Source: Candidatus Aminicenantia bacterium (GTDB lineage: Bacteria; Acidobacteriota; Aminicenantia; Aminicenantales; Saccharicenantaceae). From it: DNA of 64,000 nucleotides. The notes beneath the pieces are model-generated. The model did no database searches and was not told where the DNA came from. It saw only the letters and a program-made list of their open reading frames with translations. Positions 1 to 9,637 of this stretch are shown in pieces (positions within the stretch are counted from its first letter, which is position 1; each line of letters opens with the position of its first letter). Made by a program: the position numbers and the translations under genes. The stretch is from positions 16,516-80,515 of the forward strand of contig JBGOYY010000003.1 in assembly GCA_041479905.1 (NCBI GenBank). Reading direction: 5' to 3'.

Positions 1-444
1 AATGCATTATTGGCTCCGGTTAGCCTTTTTGGAGAAAGATATCAAGCTTCTTTTAATTATAGAATTGTCGATAAATCAATAATCGAAGGACAGCCGATGC
101 TCGTGATAGAAGCAAAGCCTAAGAAGGGCACCGGGGAAACAAACAACCTTTACGGCTCGGCGTGGGTGGATCCAATGACAGGTGACATCTGGAAGATCGT
201 GTGGAATGAAAGTCGTGTTGGCAATTACGATGTCTTCAAAAAGCGGGGCAAAAGATTTATGCGTTTCCCTCGCCTGACAATAACGTCCGAATTTACTGCA
301 GAAAAGAACGGGATTCGATTTCCGAGTCGCCTTTTTGTCGAAGAAGCCTATGTAAATGATTTGGGAAGAGCTTTAGTGCGGTCGAAAACTACGATCGTGT
401 ATAAGGATTTTAAATTCTTTTCGGTCGAAGTAGAGACTAGGTAG
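1..444 (+). CDS. hypothetical protein, C-terminal part (ORF open to the left window edge); visibly AT-richer than the rest of the window
   Basis: Frame 1 is open from base 1 and stops at 442-444. Beta-rich sequence with no motif I recognise. Low GC suggests foreign origin. Confidence 0.5.
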   Translation, partial: NALLAPVSLFGERYQASFNYRIVDKSIIEGQPMLVIEAKPKKGTGETNNLYGSAWVDPMTGDIWKIVWNESRVGNYDVFKKRGKRFMRFPRLTITSEFTAEKNGIRFPSRLFVEEAYVNDLGRALVRSKTTIVYKDFKFFSVEVETR

Positions 445-936
445 GACTGTGTCGACTTGAGCATGCCATTTCGCTTTCACCATAGCCTTCTTTAGGTCGC
501 CGCTTGGACGGCTAGAAAAGAGCGACTTCGCGCTCGGGCCTCCCATCACCAAATGATGATATCGCCGGCCTGCGATCCCGGCGGGGGAGGACCGCGGCTG
601 TCGGGCGCCGCGCTGGAGCGTGGATTGGGCCGGTTGGAAGCTGCTGTGGTCTTCCTCACTCGCGAGCCGCGCTAGATCCGTATCACAAAGGGCTCCCACG
701 ATCGCCCGTGGCTCAAAGCCAGGTGAAGATTGGTGCCAGCCACGTGCCGAGTTTTTGTCGAGTTGGAAGCTAAAAAGGGCTTAATCGGACTTAAAGCCCG
801 ATTGATCGAGGGACTCCCATAAGTGATTTAATAATCGGCCCTATTCGGCCCTATATGGGGAGATTTTATGAGGTCAATTGTAACTATCCCCTGTCGCGAG
901 GGATTATATTATAATAGTTTACTAGGCCGTCGAAAC

Positions 937-1863
937 ATGTTTGAAGATTGTCTTCCCGCCCCGAAGAAGAACGGCCGGCCGCTGCGCGACAAGGCCGTCG
1001 GCGCCCTGGTCACTCTGCTCTTCCACGGACTTCTGGGGATCGCTGTCTACCATGGCCGGTTCACGGTCAAGATCCTGTCCTTCGGGAAGGAAGAGGTCCG
1101 CGCCGTCATGATCGTCCCCCCGCTGAAGGTGAATATTCCGAAGATCGTCGGCGGCCGGGGTTTGACGACCGAACCCGCCGGCTTGCCGGAGAAAGCAGGC
1201 CCTCCCGGGACGGCTCGGCAGGCCGAAGATGTCCGGCAGAAGCTGGCGGAGGGCCCGGGAACACCGGCCAAAGCCCCCCCGGGCGAGGCCCCTCCCGCCA
1301 CGACCGGCGCCAGCTCCGCCATCCCTTCTCTCTCCTCTAAATACCAGGAAATGATCGACAAACCCAAGCCGGCCCGTGAATATGGCCTGACAATCGCGCT
1401 CGCGCCGCCGGGCACCCCTCCCGGCCCCCCCGGGGTCGGCGGCGGCCCCCTACTCCCGGATTTTTCGAAGTACGGCCGGGGCGCCTACGGGGGCGGCGAA
1501 TACGGAAGGGGCGGAGGCCGAGGCGGCAGCGGAACGGGAGGCCGCCAACGGGTCGGCATCTCCATCGCGCTCAAGGGCTATGACCTTTTGCCCTGGGCCT
1601 CCGTCGTTGTCGACCGGATCCAGCGCTTCTGGAACCTGCCCGCCGTGTCCGAACTGCCCGATACGGCCAAGGTTCGGTTGATCGTCGTCATCAAGAAAAG
1701 CGGCGAGCTCGATTCGATCGAAATCCTCGAGGGGACCTCCGTCGAGGTTCTCGACAGGGCCGCGCTCGAGGCGATCCGGGCCGGACTCCCCTTCCCCGCC
1801 CTTCCCGCCGATTTCCCCGGCGACCTCCTGGAGATCATTTTCGAGTTCGTCTACAATGACTAA
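937..1863 (+). CDS. TonB-family energy transducer-like protein (N-terminal TM anchor, Pro-rich spacer, Gly/Arg/Tyr-rich stretch, TonB C-terminal domain)
   Basis: TM segment ALVTLLFHGLLGIAVY. Pro-rich PPGTPPGPPGVGGGP. C-terminal RIQRFWNLP...LDRAALEAIRAGLPFPALPADF resembles the TonB_C fold. The start could instead be the ATG at 868. TATAAT at 910-915 favours 937. Confidence 0.7.
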   Translation: MFEDCLPAPKKNGRPLRDKAVGALVTLLFHGLLGIAVYHGRFTVKILSFGKEEVRAVMIVPPLKVNIPKIVGGRGLTTEPAGLPEKAGPPGTARQAEDVRQKLAEGPGTPAKAPPGEAPPATTGASSAIPSLSSKYQEMIDKPKPAREYGLTIALAPPGTPPGPPGVGGGPLLPDFSKYGRGAYGGGEYGRGGGRGGSGTGGRQRVGISIALKGYDLLPWASVVVDRIQRFWNLPAVSELPDTAKVRLIVVIKKSGELDSIEILEGTSVEVLDRAALEAIRAGLPFPALPADFPGDLLEIIFEFVYND

Positions 1864-2929
1864 ACGCATACCGGCGGCCATCTTCCTTCTGTTGGCTCTA
1901 GCGCCTCTCCTCCGCGCCGACTGGAAGTCGGAGCTCCTCTCCCGCCTGGGCCGGACGCCCGACTACCGCGCCGCCTATGAGTACCTCGTCGAAGAATCCA
2001 AGAAGCTGGAGCCGGAGGACAGGCAGACCGCCGGAGTCCTCCTTCCCTTCCTGGCCGGCAAGCTCGGCGATGTCGTGCGGGAGAGAGACCTAGCCGCCGA
2101 CTATTTCGAGACCTACCGGGACAACGACCCAAATTTCGGCTTCCTGGACGAATACACCCTGCGGGATTTTCTCGCTTTTTGGGTACGCTGGAAGCGGTCC
2201 TATCCCCTGGCCTACGACCTCAATCTCCTCTCCTACGCGAAGGGCCCGGCGACCGGCCTGCCGGCCGCTGTCGAAGTTGGCCTCGAGCTCCTGAACGAGG
2301 CCTACTACAGGATCTCGCTCGGCCCTTATATCCTCGAAGGCGGGTATTGGCCGGCGGGCTTCCACATCCTGACCATCCCCCTCAACAACCTTTTCGAACG
2401 CTCGGACACATACGATTTCATCCTCGACCTCAGGGCCGGAGATATCGTCGTCAGAAAACCCGTCCGGGTCCGGGTCGATATCGCGGACATGGTCGTCGCC
2501 GCGGCCCCCTCGCCCCGGGACACATTCTTCCGCGATGCCGGGACGCAGGTCAAGACGATCCAGGAGGGTGAGATTTCTCTCTATGTCGACGGCAAGCTCG
2601 TTTTGAGAAGCCGCAAGATCGCCGCCAAGCCCTCTTCCTTCACCTTCCCTCTCGGCGGGCCGCTCATGCCTGGCCAGAAGCCCTACATGCCGCCGCCGAA
2701 AACGGGCCCCCTGGCCAGCGGGGTCAACATCCTCGACGCCCTCGCCCTGGCCTACAAGGCCATCAAGGACCTCGTGGCCAAGAAACCGCCGAAGCCGTCC
2801 CCTCCCTCCTATAACAAGGTCGGCAGTCTGTCCTTCGCCTACTCCAGAACGACGGCCGAAGGGTTGGCCGTATCGGCCCGGGCGTCCATCGGTCTCGTTC
2901 CCTCGCGGGCCGTTATCTTGAAAGAGTAA
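1856..2929 (+). CDS. hypothetical secreted protein, translationally coupled to the TonB-like gene
   Basis: Signal peptide MTKRIPAAIFLLLALAPLLRA. The ATG at 1856 overlaps the upstream stop at 1861-1863. No recognisable domain. Confidence 0.6.
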   Translation: MTKRIPAAIFLLLALAPLLRADWKSELLSRLGRTPDYRAAYEYLVEESKKLEPEDRQTAGVLLPFLAGKLGDVVRERDLAADYFETYRDNDPNFGFLDEYTLRDFLAFWVRWKRSYPLAYDLNLLSYAKGPATGLPAAVEVGLELLNEAYYRISLGPYILEGGYWPAGFHILTIPLNNLFERSDTYDFILDLRAGDIVVRKPVRVRVDIADMVVAAAPSPRDTFFRDAGTQVKTIQEGEISLYVDGKLVLRSRKIAAKPSSFTFPLGGPLMPGQKPYMPPPKTGPLASGVNILDALALAYKAIKDLVAKKPPKPSPPSYNKVGSLSFAYSRTTAEGLAVSARASIGLVPSRAVILKE

Positions 2930-2940
2930 AACGGGTTGGG

Positions 2941-2969
2941 TTGACTTCGGCCCTGCATGTCTGCTATAT
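2941..2969 (+). promoter_or_regulatory. putative sigma70-type promoter upstream of the PilZ gene
   Basis: TTGACT (2941-2946), 17-nt spacer, CTATAT (2964-2969). Followed by a 7-bp hairpin GGAGGCA/TGCCTCC in the leader. Confidence 0.35.
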
Positions 2970-3049
2970 CTTTCATCAGAGGGAGGCATCCGTTGAATTG
3001 CCTCCGGCCGTTGACCCGATAGGAAAGCCTGGAGAAGCGGAGGTTCAAG

Positions 3050-3484
3050 ATGGGCGAAAAGGGGATTGAAAGGCGACTCTGCCAGCGGTTCAAGATCCCC
3101 GGAGCGACGGTTTCCTACAGGAAAGAGAAACTGCTTTTGTCCAAAACGAAGATCGACGAGGAGTTCTGCCCCGTCCTGGACCTCAGCCGGGGAGGCGTCC
3201 GTTTCCTGACCCAGAAACCCCTGAAATTCAAGTCCAAGGTCATCCTTCAGCTGTCCATCCCCGGCGAAAGGATCCCGCTCGACCTCAAGGGCCGCGTCCG
3301 CTGGTCGACGTTCAACGCCGGGAAGAGCTACAAGTACCAGGCGGGCGTGCAGTTCAGCCCCTACGGATTGGAGAAAAAACAGAACGTTCCCCAGACGCTG
3401 ACCAAGATCGTCGTCCTCGAACAGAAGTTCCTCGAACCGAGCGGCCCGGAGAGCCCCGGCAAGCCCAGCGAATTCGGCGCCTAG
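3050..3484 (+). CDS. PilZ domain protein (c-di-GMP binding)
   Basis: RRLCQR (RxxxR) and DLSRGG (D/NxSxxG) motifs at the spacing typical of PilZ. Confidence 0.75.
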   Translation: MGEKGIERRLCQRFKIPGATVSYRKEKLLLSKTKIDEEFCPVLDLSRGGVRFLTQKPLKFKSKVILQLSIPGERIPLDLKGRVRWSTFNAGKSYKYQAGVQFSPYGLEKKQNVPQTLTKIVVLEQKFLEPSGPESPGKPSEFGA

Positions 3485-5574
3485 CGCGGCGCCTTCGGTT
3501 TCGCCGGCTTCTCCCCTTCCACGACGACCTGCGAGTAGTCCGCGATCCCCAGGAGCATCCTGTTGATGGACTGGAGGAGACCCAGGCGGTTCTGCCGGAT
3601 CTTTTTCTCTTCGGCCATGACCAGGACCTTATCGAAGAAGGTGTTCAAGACGGGCTGGATCTTGAAATAGATGCCCTGGGCCCGGGCATAGTCGCCCTGG
3701 GCGATCATAGGCTGGGCGTTGTCGCGGATGATCGAAAACATCGAATAGAGGTCGCGCTCTTCTTTCTCGACGAAGATGTCCGGGTTGACCTTGGCGGCGG
3801 GGAGCCCTTTGAGGATGTTATTGATGCGCTTGGCCATGAGAATGAACGGCTCGAACTGCGGGCTCGATTTCAGGGCGTCCAGGGCCTCGACCCGCGGCAG
3901 GACATCGTAGACCTGGTTGACGCCCGGCCCGAGGGCCGCTCCGACGAGGTCGTAGCGGAAGCCGCGTTTCTCCAGCATGAACCGGAGGCGGCCCGCGAAA
4001 AATTCCAGGCAGGAGGCCTTGACGGCGCCGCGCTCGACCGCCAATCGGTCGCCGTAGACGGCCAGGACCTTGTCGAGCAGGAGAGGCAAGGAGAAGCGGA
4101 GTTTCCTGTCCAGGATGACTTTGCAGACGCCGTGGGCGTTGCGGCGCAATCCGAACGGGTCGCTCGAACCGCTGACCTGGATGCCCACGCCCAAGACCCC
4201 GACGATGGAATCCATCTTGTCCGCGATCGACAGCACGGCCCCGGCGAGGGAGGACGGCGAGGCGTCCTCGAGGCCGCCGGGCTGGTAGTGCTCGTAGATC
4301 GCCTGATGGACCGCGGCCGGGAATCCCTCCTGCTTGGCGTAGAGGCCGCCCATCCGGCCCTGGAGGCCAGAGAATTCCTTGACCATCTCCGTGAGCAGGT
4401 CGGCCTTGCACAACTCGGCTGCTTCGATCGTCTCGGCCTTGATCTCGGCCGCCTTGAGCTTGTCGCAGAGGTAGGACACGATTTTCTTCAAGCGCTGGGC
4501 CTTGTCCTCGTAGCTGCCGAGCTTCTCCTGGAAGACGACGTTCTTTAGGCCGGCCGCCCTTTCCTTGAGAGGAACCTTGCGGTCTTGGTCCCAGAAAAAC
4601 CGGGCATCCTCGAGCCGGGCCCGGAGGACGCGTTCGTTGCCCTTGCGGATGAGCCCTTTGCCGTCCGCGGCGGCGTCGGCGACCCCCAGGAAATGGGGCA
4701 GTTGCTTTTTGTCCCGGACGACGGAGAAGAGTTTCTGGCCTTCGCGCATGGCCGTCGACAGGACCTCGAGGGGGAGGCTCAGGTAGGCTTCCGGGAACGA
4801 GCCGAAGACGACGAGCGGGTGCTCGACGTTGAGGGTCAGGTCGTCGAGAAGCTCGGGGTCCGGGTAGACCTTGGCCTTAAGAGGGGCCAGCGCGTCTTCG
4901 ATTTGGGCCAGGATCGTCCTTTTCCGGGCCTCGGGATCGACGACGACGAAGCTCTTCTCGAGCTCAGCCTTGTATTCGGCGAAGTTCCGGGCCTTTATCG
5001 CGCCGGGCGAGGCGATCCTGTGACCGACCGTTTCGTCTGTAGCTTTGAACCCCTCGAACGAGGTCTCGACCGGAGTCCCGCCGAAGACGCATAGCAGGCC
5101 GTGGATGGGGCGGGAAAAGCGGAACGGGCTCTCCGCCCAGCGCATCATTTTGGGGAAGGACAGCCCGCCGAGGATACGGGGAACGGCCTCCTTGAGGATC
5201 TCGGCCGCGGGCGTCCCCTTGGCCTTGCGCTTGAACCCGAGGTATTCGCCGCGGGGCGTCCGGATGGCTTCGAGGAGGTTCTCGTCCACTCCCTGGGACC
5301 TGGCGAAGCCCTTCCCGGCCGGGGTCAGGGCCCCGTCCGGTCCCTTGGCGATCGCGAGCGGCGGGCCGGTGACGACTTCCTCACGGTCTTCCTGCCCGGA
5401 AGCGAGATCGGCGACGACGATGAGCCGCCGCGGCGTGGCCAGGGTCCGGAGCGAAACGATCTCGATCCTGGCGGCCGCGAGCTCTTTACGGAACCCGGCT
5501 TCGATCTGGCCGAGGGCCGAGCGGATGTGGGAGGCCGGGAGCTCCTCCGTCAGCAGTTCCAGGAGGAATTCCAT
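3481..5574 (-). CDS. glyS: glycine--tRNA ligase beta subunit
   Basis: [15 protein letters not shown]-terminus and overall GlyS-like sequence. The start at 5574 forms an ATGA overlap with the glyQ stop. The 48 codons upstream in the ORF track run into glyQ. Confidence 0.9.
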   Translation of the reverse strand: MEFLLELLTEELPASHIRSALGQIEAGFRKELAAARIEIVSLRTLATPRRLIVVADLASGQEDREEVVTGPPLAIAKGPDGALTPAGKGFARSQGVDENLLEAIRTPRGEYLGFKRKAKGTPAAEILKEAVPRILGGLSFPKMMRWAESPFRFSRPIHGLLCVFGGTPVETSFEGFKATDETVGHRIASPGAIKARNFAEYKAELEKSFVVVDPEARKRTILAQIEDALAPLKAKVYPDPELLDDLTLNVEHPLVVFGSFPEAYLSLPLEVLSTAMREGQKLFSVVRDKKQLPHFLGVADAAADGKGLIRKGNERVLRARLEDARFFWDQDRKVPLKERAAGLKNVVFQEKLGSYEDKAQRLKKIVSYLCDKLKAAEIKAETIEAAELCKADLLTEMVKEFSGLQGRMGGLYAKQEGFPAAVHQAIYEHYQPGGLEDASPSSLAGAVLSIADKMDSIVGVLGVGIQVSGSSDPFGLRRNAHGVCKVILDRKLRFSLPLLLDKVLAVYGDRLAVERGAVKASCLEFFAGRLRFMLEKRGFRYDLVGAALGPGVNQVYDVLPRVEALDALKSSPQFEPFILMAKRINNILKGLPAAKVNPDIFVEKEERDLYSMFSIIRDNAQPMIAQGDYARAQGIYFKIQPVLNTFFDKVLVMAEEKKIRQNRLGLLQSINRMLLGIADYSQVVVEGEKPAKPKAPR

Positions 5575-6422
5575 CAGGCCGCCTCCTTTACCGCGGTGTA
5601 TCTCCGGGCGACGTCGTTGACCAGGGCGCGGATCTGAGAGATCATCTTGACCCGTTCGGTGACGCTGATGGCCCCCCGGGAGTCGAGGAGGTTGAAGTTG
5701 TGGGAGCACTTCAGGCACATGTCGTAGGCCGGCAGGAGAAGGTCCTTTTCGATCAGGCGGGCCGCTTCCTTCTGGCAGGCGCCGAAGGCCTGCCGGAGCA
5801 TACCGACGCTCGCGACCGAGAAGTTATATTCCGAGAACTCCTTCTCCTCGCGGAAGCGGAGGTCCCTGTAGGTGACGTCGGCCGACCAATCGAGGTCGTA
5901 GATGTCGTCCTTCTGTTCGAGGAACATCTCCAGCCTCTCCAGGCCGTAGGTGATCTCGACCGGAACCGGCGAAAGATCGATCCCCCCGCACTGCTGGAAA
6001 TAGGTGAACTGGCTGATCTCGAGGCCGTCGAGCAGGACCTGCCAGCCGACGCCCCAGGCGCCGATCGTCGGCGATTCCCAGTTGTCCTCGTCGAAACGGA
6101 GGTCGTGGTCTTCGAGGACGACGCCCAGGGACCTCAGGCTTCGGACGTAGACGTCCTGGATGTCGGCGGGCGACGGCTTCATGATGACCTGGTACTGGAA
6201 GTGCTTCTGGACGCGGTGGGGGTTCTCGCCGTAGCGGCCGTCGTCCGGCCGGCGCGACGGTTGGACATAACCCACCCGCCAGGGCCGCTTGTCGAGGACG
6301 CGGAAGAACGTGTCGGGGGTCATCGTCCCGGCGCCGACCTCGAGGTCGTAGGTCTGGGCCAGGTAACAGCCTTGCTCGGCCCAGAACCGGTGCAGGTTGA
6401 GGATCAGGTCTTGGACGGACAT
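5574..6422 (-). CDS. glyQ: glycine--tRNA ligase alpha subunit
   Basis: [19 protein letters not shown]...[22 protein letters not shown] is the classic GlyQ sequence. 282 aa. Confidence 0.92.
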   Translation of the reverse strand: MSVQDLILNLHRFWAEQGCYLAQTYDLEVGAGTMTPDTFFRVLDKRPWRVGYVQPSRRPDDGRYGENPHRVQKHFQYQVIMKPSPADIQDVYVRSLRSLGVVLEDHDLRFDEDNWESPTIGAWGVGWQVLLDGLEISQFTYFQQCGGIDLSPVPVEITYGLERLEMFLEQKDDIYDLDWSADVTYRDLRFREEKEFSEYNFSVASVGMLRQAFGACQKEAARLIEKDLLLPAYDMCLKCSHNFNLLDSRGAISVTERVKMISQIRALVNDVARRYTAVKEAA

Positions 6423-6424
6423 GT

Positions 6425-7882
6425 CTAGGGCTTCTTTTCCCAGCGCAGGACGGGGAACTTGGCCGCGGTCACTTCGTCGAGCCGGCTGACATAGGCGACG
6501 TGCGGGGCGGAGTGGAGGATCTCGGGATTCTCCCGGGCCTCCCGGGCGATGGCCTTCATGGCGTCGATGAACAGGTCCAGGTCGCGCCGGCTCTCCGTCT
6601 CCGTCGGCTCGATCATCAGCGCGCCGTGGACGATGAGCGGGAAGGACATCGTCGGCGGATGGAGGCCGTAATCGATGAGCCGCTTGGCGATGTCCAGGTT
6701 GGTGACGCCGAATTCCTTCTGGATCTTGTCCGAGAAAACGCACTCGTGCATCGAAGGGGTGGTGTACTTGAGGTGGTACTCCCCTTCGAGGCTCTTGCGG
6801 ATGTAGTTGGCATTGAGCACGGCGAACTCGGCGATCTCGCGCACGCCCTTGGGCCCGAGAGTCAGGATGTAGCACAGGGCCCGGACGATCACGGAAAAAT
6901 TCCCGAAGTAGCTCCTGACCCGGCCGATCGTCGCCGGGCGGTCGAAATCGAGGACGAATCGGCCGCCCTTCTCCCCTATCACGGGGACCGGGAGGTAGGG
7001 CACGAGCTCCTTCTTGACGCCGACCGGGCCCGACCCGGGACCGCCGCCGCCGTGGGGCGTGGAGAACGTCTTGTGGAGATTGATGTGGAGGACGTCGATG
7101 CCCATGTCGCCGGGCCGGACGATCCCCGTCAGGGCGTTCATGTTCGCCCCGTCCATGTAGACGAGGCCGCCTTTCGCGTGGACGATCTCGGCGACGCGGC
7201 AGATGTCGGACTCGAAGACGCCGAGCGTGTTCGGGTTGGTCACCATGAGCGCGGCGACTTCGTCCGTCATGGCCGCCTCGAGGGCCTCGACGTCGATCGT
7301 CCCCTTTTCGTTCGACTTGACTTCCTTGACGGAGTAGCCGCAGATGTGGGCCGAAGAGGGGTTGGTCCCGTGGGCCGAATCCGGGATGAGGACGTACTTG
7401 CGGGCGCCGCCCCGCGCTTCGAGAGCGGCCCGGATGAGCATCATGCCGGTGAGCTCGCCGTGAGCCCCGGCCGCGGGATGGAGGGTGAAGGCGTCCATTC
7501 CGGCGATCTCGCAGAGGTAGGTCTCGAGCCTTTTCAGGACCTCGAGGCTCCCCTGGACCAGGTCCTCGGAGGCGAGGGGGTGGGAGGCGGCGAAATCGGG
7601 CAGGCCCGACAGGCGCTCGTTGACCTTGGGGTTGTATTTCATGGTGCAGGAGCCGAGCGGGTAAAGGCCCATGTCCACGCAGTAGTTTTTCTGGGAAAGC
7701 CGGGTGAAGTGCCGGGTGACTTCCGTCTCCGAGACCTCGGGAAAGCCTTCGAGCTCGCGGCGCAGGGGGACGCCGGCGAGGAGGTCCTTTTTATCGGGCA
7801 CATCCAGGGCGGGCAGTTCGACGGCCCGCTTGCCCGCTTCGCTCAATTCGAAAATGAGGGGCTCACGGATTTCTTTGATCAT
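6425..7882 (-). CDS. gcvPB: glycine dehydrogenase (decarboxylating) subunit 2
   Basis: P-protein C-terminal half with the NLHKTF PLP-lysine region. ATGA overlap with gcvPA. Confidence 0.9.
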   Translation of the reverse strand: MIKEIREPLIFELSEAGKRAVELPALDVPDKKDLLAGVPLRRELEGFPEVSETEVTRHFTRLSQKNYCVDMGLYPLGSCTMKYNPKVNERLSGLPDFAASHPLASEDLVQGSLEVLKRLETYLCEIAGMDAFTLHPAAGAHGELTGMMLIRAALEARGGARKYVLIPDSAHGTNPSSAHICGYSVKEVKSNEKGTIDVEALEAAMTDEVAALMVTNPNTLGVFESDICRVAEIVHAKGGLVYMDGANMNALTGIVRPGDMGIDVLHINLHKTFSTPHGGGGPGSGPVGVKKELVPYLPVPVIGEKGGRFVLDFDRPATIGRVRSYFGNFSVIVRALCYILTLGPKGVREIAEFAVLNANYIRKSLEGEYHLKYTTPSMHECVFSDKIQKEFGVTNLDIAKRLIDYGLHPPTMSFPLIVHGALMIEPTETESRRDLDLFIDAMKAIAREARENPEILHSAPHVAYVSRLDEVTAAKFPVLRWEKKP

Positions 7883-9225
7883 GACAGGACCTCCTGGAGC
7901 GCTTGGGCCAGCCTGTCGATCTGGTCCCTAGTTTTCAGCTCGGTGACGCAGACGAGGGCGCAGTTCTTGAGCTCCGGATAGGAGGGCTCGAGGCCGTAGC
8001 CCCCGATGAGCCCCTTGCCGCGCAGGCCGGCGTCGACGGCGGGCCAGGGCTTGGCCAGCTCGATGACGAACTCGTTGAAGACCGGCCCGGAGAATCTTTT
8101 CCTGACGCCCGGGACGGCCCCCAGGCGGTCGGCCGCATAGGCCGCTTTCTGGACGTTCTGCCAGGCCATTTCTCTCAAGCCCTGCTTGCCCAGGCTTTCC
8201 ATGAAGATCGTCGCCCGGAGGGCGCAGAGGCCCTGGTTCGTGCAGATGTTCGACGTCGCACGTTCCCGGCGGATGTGCTGTTCCCGGGTCGAGAGCGTCA
8301 GGACGAAACCGCGCCGGCCTTCGGTGTCGACCGTTTGCCCGGCGATGCGGCCCGGCATCTGCCGCAGAAACTCCTTTTTGCAGGCCATGAAGCCGAGGTA
8401 GGGCCCGCCGAAGCTCACGGGGATGCCCAGTGACTGGCCCTCGCCCGTGACGATGTCGGCGCCGAGCCGGCCCGGGGCTTCGAGGAGCCCCAGCGAGACG
8501 GCCTCGGCGACGATGGCGACGGACAACGCTTTGCGGCCGTGGGCGGCATCGGAAAGCGCCTGGACGTCTTCGACGACACCGAAGAAGTTGGGCGACTGGA
8601 AGACGACCGCCGCCGTGCTCTCGTCGAGGGCCCGGCCGAGGGCGTCCTTGTCGACGCGGCCGTCGGGCCCGTACGGAACGTCGACGGCTTCGAGGCCGAG
8701 GTTCTTGATGTAGGTCCGGACGACCTCGCGATACTGCGGGTGGAGCGTCCGGGCGAGGAGGACCTTGTTCCGGGTCGTTATCCTCTGGGCCATAAGGACC
8801 GCTTCGGCGGTGGCCGTGGCGCCCTCGTAGAGGGAGGCATTGGCGATATCGAGTCCCGTGAGCTGGCAGACGAGGGTCTGGAACTCGAAGACGACCTGGA
8901 GCGTGCCCTGGCTGACTTCGGGCTGGTAGGGCGTGTAGGGACTGACGAATTCGCCCCGCGAGCTCAGGTAATCGACGACGGTCGGGATGAAGTGCTCGTA
9001 GGCTCCGCCGCCGAGGAAGGAGAGGTGGCGGGAGTACGCGTTCTTCCGGCCGATCGCCTCGATCGTCCGGACGAGCTCGAGCTCGGACTGGGCCGCGGGC
9101 AGCCTGAGCTCCCGCTTGAGCCGGACGGCGTCCGGGATGCAGCAGAACAGGTCGTCGGTCGACCCGACGCCCACGGCCGCCAGCATCTCCTTCTTGTCCT
9201 TGTCGCTGAGAGACAGGTAACTCAT
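7879..9225 (-). CDS. gcvPA: glycine dehydrogenase (decarboxylating) subunit 1
   Basis: P-protein N-terminal half (PYTPYQPEVSQGTLQ). The start overlaps the gcvH stop (TGATG). Confidence 0.9.
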   Translation of the reverse strand: MSYLSLSDKDKKEMLAAVGVGSTDDLFCCIPDAVRLKRELRLPAAQSELELVRTIEAIGRKNAYSRHLSFLGGGAYEHFIPTVVDYLSSRGEFVSPYTPYQPEVSQGTLQVVFEFQTLVCQLTGLDIANASLYEGATATAEAVLMAQRITTRNKVLLARTLHPQYREVVRTYIKNLGLEAVDVPYGPDGRVDKDALGRALDESTAAVVFQSPNFFGVVEDVQALSDAAHGRKALSVAIVAEAVSLGLLEAPGRLGADIVTGEGQSLGIPVSFGGPYLGFMACKKEFLRQMPGRIAGQTVDTEGRRGFVLTLSTREQHIRRERATSNICTNQGLCALRATIFMESLGKQGLREMAWQNVQKAAYAADRLGAVPGVRKRFSGPVFNEFVIELAKPWPAVDAGLRGKGLIGGYGLEPSYPELKNCALVCVTELKTRDQIDRLAQALQEVLS

Positions 9226-9611
9226 CAGTGCTCGAGCCCTTCCAGGAATTTTTCGTAGTCGCCCGCGGTCAGGAGCCCGTCGATCTCCTTCTTGTCCTTG
9301 ATCTTCAGGCGGACGATCCAGCCCTTCCCGTGGGGGTCCTTGTTGACCAGGTCCGCGGTCTGGGCGAGCTCGCCGTTGACGGCGACGACCTGGCCGGAGA
9401 TGGGCGCGTAGACGTCGGACACCGACTTCACGGATTCGACGACGCTGATCGACTGGCGCACGGCGAGCTCCTTCCCCACCGGGGGGAGTTCGACGTAGAT
9501 GATGTCCCCGAGCTGGTGCTGGGCGAAATCGGTGATGCCGACGAGGGCCTCATCGCCCGCGACCTTGATCCACTCGTGTTCCTTGGTGTAACGAAAATCA
9601 TTCGGATACAT
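9225..9611 (-). CDS. gcvH: glycine cleavage system H protein
   Basis: 128 aa. Lipoyl-lysine motif VESVKSVSDVYAP. Confidence 0.92.
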   Translation of the reverse strand: MYPNDFRYTKEHEWIKVAGDEALVGITDFAQHQLGDIIYVELPPVGKELAVRQSISVVESVKSVSDVYAPISGQVVAVNGELAQTADLVNKDPHGKGWIVRLKIKDKKEIDGLLTAGDYEKFLEGLEH

Positions 9612-9637
9612 GGATGCCTCCTCGACGATGGAACGTG

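Noticed and set aside
373-699. 108-aa minus-strand ORF, and the short frame ending AGDIIIW-stop that covers the 25-nt shared box. The equivalent frame at 40065-40089 ends AGDIIIL-stop.
   Set aside because: The upstream translation is Pro/Ser/Arg low-complexity with no start context. Only the last 7 codons are shared, so the conservation is at nucleotide level.
3481-5718. N-terminal extensions in the ORF track (glyS +48 aa, glyQ +151 aa, gcvH ORF of 436 aa, the 60318-63770 ORF of 1150 aa, 15668-17485, 23725-25074, 35685-37409, 36836-37825, 37558-38706).
   Set aside because: The extensions run through the preceding gene in another frame and are low-complexity. Internal ATG/GTG/TTG starts coincide with conserved N-termini and with 4-nt stop/start overlaps.
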